Below are positions 39,501-51,500 of a DNA stretch of 64,000 bases, piece after piece (the first letter of the stretch is position 1; every line of letters starts with the position of its first letter). Origin of the DNA: Octopus sinensis. Taxonomy: Eukaryota. Position numbers and translations under genes: made by a program. The notes beneath the pieces were generated by a model. The model was not told where the DNA came from. It did not search any database and worked only from the letters and a program-made list of their open reading frames with translations. Where the stretch lies: contig NC_042998.1 of assembly GCF_006345805.1 (NCBI RefSeq), positions 177,320,001 to 177,384,000 on the forward strand, in the 5' to 3' direction.

Positions 39501-42500
39501 ACCACTTCCATTTTTGTCTCTCAGATTAAAATTATATTGTTTGGTGGACAGTGAATTCTGAAGTCATACCCAATTTTTTGCATTTTTTGGGTCATGGGTT
39601 TAAGAATTAGCATTCTCATTATTTTTATGGTTACACACATACACAATACACTCGCTTATGAAATGATGATAGTATATTTATATATATACTCACAGACATA
39701 CATGTATATTTATGTATGTGTACATGTAAGCATCCTTATTTTTAACATCCACTTTTCCATACTCACATGGATAGGACAGAATTTGCTGAGGTGAATTTTC
39801 TACAGCCAGATGCCCTCATCTGTTTCCAAGGTAACATTTCCCAGACATCTTTCCACAGAATATTGAGAATGAAGGACATTGCTTCCATGATGGTGACACT
39901 CATTTATATCTACTATGTGATGTCAAGGCAAGGAGACAGTAATACACAAACACACACACACACATGCATACAAGATGAGCTTCTTTCAACCTACTGAATC
40001 CACTCAAAAGGCTTTGTTCAACCCAAGATGTCACACAGTGGAACTAAACTCAGAACTATGTGGTTGGAAAGCAAACTTCTTACTAGAAAGTCAAAACTGT
40101 GCCTATGTATATATTTATACATAAATATACACATACATAGGTGTGTGTGTGTGTGTGTGTGTGTGTACGAAACAGTACCAGAAATGAAAGTAAATACTTT
40201 AAGCCAATACAAAAAAATTTTGGTGTGACTCTAAAATTAAAATTCAGTCACCCCACCCCACACACATATATATATATATATAGCTTTAGGTTTAAAAGTG
40301 TTAGATAACATAGATTATTCAATTAATAAATTACATCAACACTACCATATTTCAGGCATACACACTGAATTTTTCAAACCAAAATTTACAGCCCCAAAAA
40401 GGATAGGCCAACTTATACACTGAGATGACTTTGGAGGACCAAAAATTCCATGTGAAATGCAGTGAGATTTGAAAAGATAGAGAAGGTATTTGAATGTTTA
40501 CATACTACATTGATTTGTATGCCAGAAAATACAGTAATCAAAAAGGTTATAAACATTGTAAAGACTGACTTAAAAGAGAAAAAGAACTTTGTAAAGAATG
40601 TGGTTCTTTTAATGGTTTCCAATTTTGACACTGAACAAAGCACAACATTCAAATACTCAACAATTCACATAATCCATAATTTTCAACACTTTTTCACCAT
40701 TTACACAATAGTGTATGCAATTTTTTGTGGTCACCATTCATGTATTTGTGTATGCAATTTCTTGTGTATACATTCCTTGTCCTGAAATCACACAATAGTT
40801 GTAAATGCGTGTCACGATCTTACATGTGGAGTGCCTCTATAAAAACAGATTTCACCATGGAAAAATATTGGTTTCAAATTCTGACACAGGACCAGTAATT
40901 TGAAGGGAGGGGGTAAGTGAATTACATTGGTCCCAGTACTCAACTGGTACTTATTTTATCAAATCTGAAAGAATAATAGGCAAAGCCAACCTCAGCGGAA
41001 TTTGAACTCAGACTGTTAAAGACAGATGAAATGCTGCTATGCATTTTGCCCAGCATGCTAATCATTCTGCCAGCTCAGCACCTCACCATAGAGAAATATT
41101 ACCTTGCTTGGAACCAGGAGAGAGCTGACAACAAGAAAATCTGGCCTTAAAATATCTACCTCAATGAATTTTGTCTTATTCATGTAAGAATGCCAATATG
41201 GACATTGAAATGAAGATGACATTTGATGTTATATACTAAATTGTTCCCCACTCTCTTCCTTCTAATCATCAATTACTTATTTGCCATCACATCCAACAAT
41301 TTTACACAGATGACATTACTTTTATTCTTCTTTAACATTCCCCAATTATGCATCATCTACTCACTACCTAGATACTACATATTAAACCCACATTGATTTC
41401 TTGAACGAAGACTTTGAAAGCATCCTCCAAAGGAGATATGGCGATTTGACTCTTTCAACAGCAAGGCAATATAAATGCTACTCAAATCAAGAAAACATCA
41501 TTGCACCACACACTTGTTAATCATGAGCATCATACAACAAGAACCTTCACAAACACTCCAAATACTGGCCCTCACCATCACGAAGGATCTCTGCTGACAA
41601 ATGCACAACCTTAACTTAAGCTTAGACTACATCCTAGATGGCACTTCTCTTTAGGGCCAGAAGACACTTCAGTCTCCAGCAATTACTGGCATTCAACAAA
41701 GCTCAGATAAGGCCCACAATGAAGTATTGCCCCCCACATCTGAGACAGTGCTGTTGCAACTGTTGCACACATAGACATCCTAGACCACTAATTACAGACA
41801 TTTTCCAGCCTCTAATCCATAGATGTGCTGTTTCTTCTCCCTGCCTTTTCTACCACAAATATAATATGAGGTTGGGTTGCAATGCACTCCCTATCCATTT
41901 GTCTCTCTTCTTCTCATCCTCATTTGTACCCAATTCCTCAGGTGCCACAGAAATCACTATGCCCAGTCCTTCCTTCCCAGAACCATATCCCTCTGAAACT
42001 CCCTTCCTGCTCATATATTTCCTGTAGGTGTTAACTTGCAATGTTTCAAGAAGAGTATTAATGGCAACACTCTCACCAGTCTCAGAAGGCCTGTGAAAAC
42101 CATGGATATCAACCATTCCCCAGATCCAACAAGTAAAAGTAAAAACTCTACAGTCATTAATAGTAATAGATATAACAGTAAAATGTTGACAACTACATCA
42201 TCCTTTGCATATCTTAATAAGCAAACTTCTTTCCCAACCCTACTCACATTTCTTTATGCAAACTACATGCACTGAATTCTTTATCCACATTTCAGCCACC
42301 CAATGTACCCATCTCTCTTCCTATCATCCTCTCCAATGCATTTACCTCCACTTCTTCAGTTCACACACTAAATACTTTCTGTAATTATATCCATACCACA
42401 AAAAAAAAAAAAAAAGCAAGAATTCTGCATTCTGGAATTCTTTCCCCATTCACATTTTTTTAAGACATCAAACTGAATCTGACCTGTCTGAGAGGACCAG

Positions 42501-45500
42501 CACAGTTCTTTGGCACACACACACACACGCACGCATGCGCGCACACACACACTCTCTCTCTAATTAAAAAGAAATATTCAAAAATGATTGAACGTACAGT
42601 CTGTGTTTGAAGGGACAAAATGAAGTCTTCAACAGCTTCCTCAGTTGTTCCAGACACTGAAAATCAAAAGAAAACAACCAGACATGATATTCAGACATGA
42701 ACATGGGGAATTCAGACTTAAGGTAACATTAAACTACTGGCTGTAGGCTCAATAGCTTGCATCCACTACCTGGTAGTGTGCAACAGCTTCCTAACTTTTA
42801 ATGGCTCACTCCACCAAACAGTAAGCAAGTAGCATGTGATACTAAAACAGGTAAAGCTCACTTATATGAGCAGAGAGAACATAGCTACAAGAAGCAAATG
42901 CTTTGTTAACCTGAAATATTAACTTCAAGTGCTTCTATGGACCTGGATAATTGCATAAAAAACATGTAGACAATTCACCTGTAAGATTACCCAGAATAGT
43001 TAACTCAACAATGACTTTTTTATATGAAAGCAATTTATGAAACAAAGGTTTTTTTATGTAAAAGTTTAGGATCTTTCCCATGCCGGTGGCATGTAAAATG
43101 CACCAATCCGACCGTGGTTGTTGCCAGCCTCGCGTGGCACCTGTGCGGATGGCATGTAAAAAGCACCCACTACACTCACGGAGTGGTTGGCGTTAGGAAG
43201 GGCATCCAGCTGTAGAAACATTGCCAGATAAGACTGGAGCCTGGTGCAGCCTTCTGGCTTCCCAGATCCCCGGTCGAGCTGTCCAACCCATGCTAGCATG
43301 GAGAACGGACGTTAAACGATGATGATGATGATTGTTCTGTCAATATAACAGATGAGTGTTGACATAAATTGCAACAATTCTCCTGCATCATTGATGCAAA
43401 AAAACTAATATCTATCTCTCAAGAATTCTGTAAATACACCATGTCAAGAAATATCTGATCACATTAAAACATTTTTATCTTCTTTACAAAATTCAGTCTG
43501 CTTATCAAATACGTTCATTTTTTACAGTGACTTGAAACATTTTTCAAGAATACATCAACTATAATTAAAATGTAAAGCATACATTTCCTTCTACCTGTGA
43601 TATTGTCATTGCAGAAAAAAATTTGATCATGCATGTAACTGTAATGTCCAGCGACCAAACTGTTGTTAAGGCAGCAACCTTTGATTCACCAATCAATTAT
43701 ATTGAGAAGCCTAAATCCCCTTCTGTCAAGAACATTGAGGTTGATAGTGGATAAACGTTTTCTTGACATTAAAAACTAAAAGTCAAAGACTTGCACAGAT
43801 CATCATAGATCATAATTTCAGAAAGTAGGATAAATATTGTTTATTAAGATCCAAGTTCCATGATAACAAAAGAAAAAAATCTGACCTTGTGCAGTTTCTA
43901 TGGGAGAGAACCGAATACAAACTCCTTTGTCAACAATAGCAGCTGTAATAGCAAGCTGTGGATTTTCTCTGGATAATAAATCAGCCAGCTGAAAATAAAG
44001 ACATAAAATAAGTGCTCCATATATTCAAAATGATGATACTAAAATCCTACCAAAGGAAAACTGCAAAGAAATTAACAATACTGGTTTGTTGGTTGTTTCT
44101 GTGATTAACACTTTGTTCTGCCCTTAAGGAAAGTACATTTTTCTACTTTTCTCAGTCTACTTAGCTGTAAATTAGTCAACTTTCTCAATGAGATAAGCCT
44201 ACAGAGGCCAAACAAAACCCCAATTTTGATGTCAGTTTTTAAACACTTTCTGCATTAATTCAAACAAAAGTAAGAATTTGCAGAACTATCCTACATGTCT
44301 CATATAGCATAGAGAAAAAAGATGTAAAAGCAAATATTCAGACATAAAAAGCTGCAAAGGAAGCAGAAGATTGGAATTAATTTACAAAAGTTTTTTTAAG
44401 AATAAAACTGAATTCAATTAGATTTTAGAAATATTTTGAGCATTTAAAAGAAGACAAAAAAATCTGTTAAATTTAACTAACATTTATTTATTGAGGCATA
44501 AAAGTTTTCAGCTTATGACTGCAACATGATCACTGACTTACTTTACATGTATACATATACATATTTGCTATTTATACATACATAGCAAATGAGGTATGTA
44601 TAAAGTCAAGATTAACTATCATGACATATAAAGGAGATAGGGGAAAGAGGGGAAAATGAAAGAAAAAAAGGAAGGTAGAAAGGGGAAAGAAAAAGTAACA
44701 ATACATACAAATTGCTAAACAGAAAGCAAGAACAGACCTTGAAGTGACTGAAAACAACTAATGTCAAGAAGTCAAGATCAATCAACATATATACAACAGA
44801 CCCCACCCCCCACCCCTTTTCCAGAATGTTCAACAAGAAAAAAAGGAAAAAGATATTTGATGCTGCTCAGAACTAGCCATTAACTAAATTTCAAACAGCT
44901 ACAGTGAAGTTATGCCAGTAACCAAGTCACATTTGTATAAAGTTTTGACACCCCAAGAAATAAATGAAATGTGAATTTAACAGGGTCCTTTTCTTTTTTG
45001 CTCGCTCCCTTCTTTTTTGTGTGTGTGTTTTCTTTTTTTTCTTCATCTTCTTCTCTTTAGATGGATAACATTGTTCCTCCAAATGCAATTGATTCAGTTT
45101 CTGAACAGTTTCAGATCTAATCTCATTAGAGAATTGCAATGACAAAATTTTAAAACATAAAAATTGTTTATGTTTTGTTTTTCTTTTTCTTGTTAATAAA
45201 GCCTATCAACTTCAAAATTTGTTCTAAAATCTTTTTCATTTACATGCTTGAAAAAGAGTGGTGGCAACCAGATGGTGAGAAGTAAGGACAGGAGAACCCC
45301 ACAGGCAGTATGATTTATGATACACTCAGACAGAGTTTCACAATGATATGGTAATGGGTTATGGCTGAGAAAAAATGCTTAATATAAGGACAGTAGATAT
45401 GATGAAAAAAAGAGGCAAGTACATCAAAATTTCTGACAGACATGCGTAAAAGATATCTAATAAGAGTTGATCACAATATTGAAGTAAATGAACTTTCTTG

Positions 45501-48500
45501 GTCAATCACTCATGCATTACATTAAGACATATTTAAAGTCTATTAAAAATGAAATACTGTATTTACTCGTGTATAGGTCGCACTCTAATTTAGTGTTAAA
45601 TATTGTTACAATTTTTTTCTCCTTCATAGGTTTAGCTTTAGCCGCATCAGGGTTTTTTTCAGTTAAAATCAAATAAAATAGTGCGATTTACATAAAGTAG
45701 GTACGGTTAATATGAATTGTTAAGGGAGGTAACTCAATAATCTCATAAATTACTTCCAAGGAAATGCGACATTATGCAAAACGGGATCACGTTTTGGCTT
45801 CAGTAACATAAAAGAATTACTCATTTTGCATCATTAATGTTTTATCACAGAAATATATATGAATGTTTTAACTTCCTGCGCTCCATCTGTAGATAAAATG
45901 AAGTTACAACTATGTACATTGTCTTGCAAGAAACTTCTTTGGTAGCAAATGATCGGATGTTTTTAATAATCTTTACATAAAGAATGCTTTGAAAATACAG
46001 CATATGTTTCCGCTAGTGTAGATGTATTTGCATTAAATATAAGCGAGAGAGGGAGAGAGAGAGGGGGGAGTGAGTGCGAGCATTTCAAAAGTGTTTACGT
46101 TCCAGGGAAATAACTCTTATCAACTTCTTAAACATTATATAGTGTAGATCATGAACTTTATTCCCTTTGATTGGAGTGGTTGACGTTAGGCCTTATTCAA
46201 ATATGAGATCAAAGCAGCTCAAGGTATGTGTTTTGCTTGTTTGTGGGTAGGTTGTGATAATAGACATAAGAGAATATGTTCTCTTTACCATGCATCAATA
46301 CCTGATGTAAGCTAAATTGTTGTTCATGTTTATAGCGATTTAGTATGCATCGGGCCTCCAGTCATACTGGAATACTATCTTTACAAGTCTTTTTTAGTGG
46401 ATATTCATCGGACCTACTTCAATCTAGAATTTATTTTATCAATTTCCATTTGGCGAGAGGTAATTTTTTTTTATTTGACACTAGTCGTGTTTTTTAACTA
46501 GAGGAAGAGTATCACATACTGACAGGGGCACACATAACAAGCTTTCACAGTTTCTAGGTGCCAAATTTCACACACAAGGCCTTGGTCAACTTAAGACTAT
46601 TAGAAAAGACACCTACTGTGTCATGCAGTGGGATAAAGCCTGAAACCATGAGATTGCAAAGCAAACCTCTGCACCAGTAGACATGCATGCATATCATCAT
46701 CATTTAACATCTGTCTTCATGCTGGCATGAGTTGGACGGCTTGACTGAAAACTGGTACGGTGGGAGAGCTTTGGCAGGATGCCCTTCCTAACGTCAACCA
46801 CTCCAAGAATGTAGTGGGTGCTCTTTATGTGCCACCGACAGGGGTGCCAGCTACATAACACCAGCATCAGCCACGACTGTGATCTCACGTGACTTAACAG
46901 GCCTTATTCAAATATGAGATCAAAGCAGCTCAAGGGATATAAGCAACATTAAACACACATACACAAGATATGTGTTTTGCTTGTTTGTGGGTAGGTTGTG
47001 ATAATAGACATAAGAGAATATGTTCTCTTGAACGCACATGGTGTTAAAACGCCTGAAATTCAGACAAGCAATATAACTTGCATCAGAGCCCATTCAAGAA
47101 CAATAGGCATCAACGTTTCATTTTTGTGACTAGTCAATACCACATACCCAAAATGAGGCCTGACGCAAGCTAGCTATCTATGACTACAGCGATTTACCTT
47201 GCATCGATGCCTGATGTAAGCTAAATTGTTGTTCATGTTTATAGCGATTTAGTATGCATCGGGCCTTGTTGAGCAATGTGGTATTGACAAGTCACAAAAA
47301 GGACGAAAAATCTATTGCTTCCGAAAGAGTTCTGATGCCAGTTATCTTGTTTGACTATGACTTCCAGGTGTTTTAACACAAGGTGCATTGAAGAGAATAT
47401 AATCTCTTATGCCTATAAGCGCAGTCTACCCACAGACTAGCAAAACATATACCTTGTGTGTTCCCTCTCTCTCTCTCTTTCTTTCTCTCTCTATATATAG
47501 AGAGAGACAGAAAGACAGGTAAATACTAAAAGCATAGAAGAACCACTCAACATGATGGAAGATGAATGAAAAAGGTTAGCTAAATTTTTGGATAAGAAGA
47601 TGGAGCCTGATAATTAACTGACTTATTATACAAATAAACACACACACAGAGTTATGTACAAGCCTTTAACTAAAGTCAGTAGAGAAAAATACACAATGCA
47701 AAAAGAAAGGTTAGTAAATAGCTATTCACCCCTTATATGCGCTTGCACACACACACCCACACACCCAGGTCTAAAACAATATTTAAAAAAATTTTTAAGC
47801 TCAACTAGAAGGAAATATAAAACTTGAAGAATGGTTGATTCATATGCAATGATAACTTAATGATTTAAAAAATATATTAAAAAAATTATTTCCAAAAAGC
47901 AGTTGATAATCTGTGTTCCCAGAATAGAACAAAATCTTCAAATAACCTCCAAGACAGACAGTTACAAACAAAACTAACACTCAAAATATATTTACCCATG
48001 TATTTAGAGCATCATAATAGGCCAGTTCTTTCTCCTGTTCACTTGATTCTTCAGAACTTTTGATCACATACGGAGTTATTTCCTTTTCTGAAATGTAGTA
48101 TTTCAAAAATCAATGAAATTATTTTTTTTTTTATAGCTAAAATACAATATATTTCAACAATGGCAATTTGATTAACAGAAAGAGAGATCAGAAATGGAGA
48201 GACCAAGGGATACATATTGAGGTACAAACATACGCATACGTCAAGGGACAGCTAGTCTTATATTTGTTTCAGCGATTGGACAGCAGCCATGCCAGGGTAT
48301 AACTTTAAAGGGTTTTAAATCAACCTTTGTATTTATTTTAGTCTGATGCATATTCTATCAGCCCCCTTTTGCTGAACTACTAAGTTACAGGAACATAAAC
48401 AAAGCAACACCAGTTGTCAAAAGGTGAGAAACAAAAACACACACACATACACTTCCACCCAGTTTCTATCTACTGCATTAACTCACAAGGTGTAATTTAA

Positions 48501-51500
48501 TCCCAGGTTATAAAAGAAAACATCCATTAAAGTACCACATTGTGGGACTGAACCTGCAGCACATGGTAGCAAAGCAAACTCCTTAACCACACAGCCATGC
48601 CTAAATCTATATTCATGCTGCAATACTGATACACTCTTAGCCAATTTATATTTGTTTCACATTTTCTATGCTATCTCTCAATGTGCTATAAGAGTAATTT
48701 GAAAATATGCCATTTATTTCCTTTCATTTCACTTGATCTTTCTCATACAGGACTAAATGTGCATTTACTACAACTGGACTGGCTTGTGCTGCTGGACAGG
48801 CTCCTGTGCAGGTGGCATGTAAAAAACATCATTTGAGCGTGGCTGTTGTCAGTACCGCCTGACTGGCCCTCATGTCAGTGGCACGTAAAAGCACCCACTA
48901 CACTCTCGGAGTGGTTGGCGTTAGGAAGAGCATCCAGCTGTAGAAACTCTGCCAGATCAAGATTGTAGCCTGGTGCAGCCATCTGGCTCGCCAGTCCTCA
49001 GTCATATCGTCCAACCCATGCTAGCATGGAAAGTGGACGTTAAATGATGATGATGTTTCTTCCATTACTCTCTCCTCTACTACACTGCTCCCTCAATCAC
49101 TGCTTCTCTTGTTATTCTACCATTCCTTTTACACACACACACACCCTAATCTTTCTGTCATTAATCTAACTTCTATTCAAACTTTTGGTAATGCTGCTTT
49201 GAATGAATGGAAACACAATACAGTAGTGATGACTTTTCACTCTTGAAGGGTATAAAGCAACTTTACTTTTGCTGGTACCGTGATAAAATGCACTCAATAC
49301 ACTCTGCAAAGTGGTTGGCAAATAAGCAAAGACAACACAGGATTGAGAGGGCCTTGTACACATGTGATGCTAATTGACTTCTAAACAAGGAAAGTGCTTT
49401 CATTACTCAGTCAGTTAATATTATGCTGCAGCTTTGATAATTTGTAACAACACTAAGTGGAATCCAAATGAAAATTCATTCTATGAAATTTTGTTTCATC
49501 TTAATAAACCAATGAAATTCTTCAAGCATGGACTATTATAAAAATGTCTCAGATAACATAACTAAATATGATATTACAGTACTCTATACAGTTCATCATC
49601 ATACCAACAATAGTGAGGGTGCTTTGTACCTCATTACTTTCTCTATAGTGACTCTATCCATCTATCGCATGTGAGAAGAGAAAAATAAAAGGAAGAATGA
49701 TGACAAAAGGGTCAGGCTTATGTGGATGAAGAAAGCAATAGCAAAATGAAAGAAACAGAATGATCAGACAAACAGGTTCAATTCCATGTAAATTTGTTTA
49801 AAAAAATCATTACTCTCACCTGCATCTGATTCTATTACTGAATACTTAAAGAGCAGGGTGACAGGATTAGAGTTAATATCCATCTGAAACAATGAGAGAA
49901 GAATTTAGTAGGTTTAGTTGTTTCACAGAGAACACAGCAAATCATGGATATTCAATGAAATACATAGGTTGTATAGAAAAGAAAAAGACGTATGCTTGCA
50001 AGTGGTTATGCCTGCATGTATGCAAAACTGTAATAAAAGCTGTCAACATGTTACGAGGGGCGTTCAATAAGTAATGCCCCTGACCCACTTCCCATAGTAA
50101 TAGAGCAACGAAACTTGGCACAGTTATTAGTCTTTTTCTACATAGGAACCACCCAGAGTTACGCATTTCTCCCATCGTTTGATGCAGCTCTGGAGACCGT
50201 TTTTGTAGAAGACCTCAGCTTGGTCCTCCAACCACGACGTGACTTCAGAAATCAAGGCTGCATCATCTGGGAAACGCTTTCCTTTCAAAAACAACTTCAT
50301 GGCTAGGAAGAGGTGAAAATCAGAGGGTGCAAGGTCAGGAGAGTAGGGGGTATGGGGGAGGAGTTCATAGCCGCATGCCTGTGCTTCTGATCTGGCGACA
50401 CATGAGTTGTGGACCGGAGCGCTGTCCTGCAGGAGGAGGATGCCTTTGCTGATCTTGCCCTGCCTCTTGATTTTCATAGCTTCTCTTAATTTCCTCAAAA
50501 GTGAAGCATAATAGGCTCCTGTAATTGTGGTACCCTTTACCAGGAAATCTGTCATCACTACTCCGTCCTGGTCCCAGATGACTGTGAGCATGACCTTGCC
50601 AGCGGAGGGCTACACCCTTGCCTTCTTTGGAGGAGGTGAGTCACGGTGCTTCCACTGCATTGACTGGGCTTTGGTCTCTGGATCATAGTGATGGACCCAG
50701 GTTTCATCCTGTGTAATCAGTCTTTTGAAAAATTTTGACTCATCTTCTTGGCACATTTCCAAATTCATCCTCGAGCACTCAACGCGTTCTTGCTTCTGGA
50801 AAGGTGTGAGCAACCTGGAAATCCATCTGGCAGACACCTTTTGCATATGCAAATGGTCATGAATGATAGTTTCCACATACCCGGTACTAATCTTGACCTC
50901 ATGGGCTATTTGGCGAATAGTTATGCGTCGATCTTCAAAATGGCAGCCCTCAACTTGACAGAAGGGGGGGCGACCAGATCTGGGAGCTGTTTCCACAGAG
51001 TTCCGACCATGTTTGAATTCACGATGCCAGCGTTTTACAAGGTCATATGATGGGGCATCATCACCATAAGTTACTTTCATTTCATCAAAAGTCTCCCGTG
51101 GTGTGCGTCCTTTCAAATACAAAAATCGGATCACTGCTCGACACTCAACAGGCTCCATTTCACACTTGACTCAGTTCAAACACCTGTCAATCAGAAACCT
51201 CAATTAGCTCAGAGCTGTAATTTGCCACTGAATCTATAGAGATATAAATAATTGCACATGCAAAATTTCAGCTAGATCAAACAACTGCAAGTGGGTCAGG
51301 GGCATTACTTATTGAACATCCCTCGTAGCATAAGTGTTGACAATTCAAAGTGACACAAATCTCTCAAACCTTACCCATCATCTATCCCTGTTATCAAGGT
51401 TTCAGTTTGTACTTTCTCTCTAATGATAATAATCCTTTCCACTAAAGGCACAAGGTGTCAAGGAGGAGGAGGATAAGAATTATTATTATTATTATTTGGT

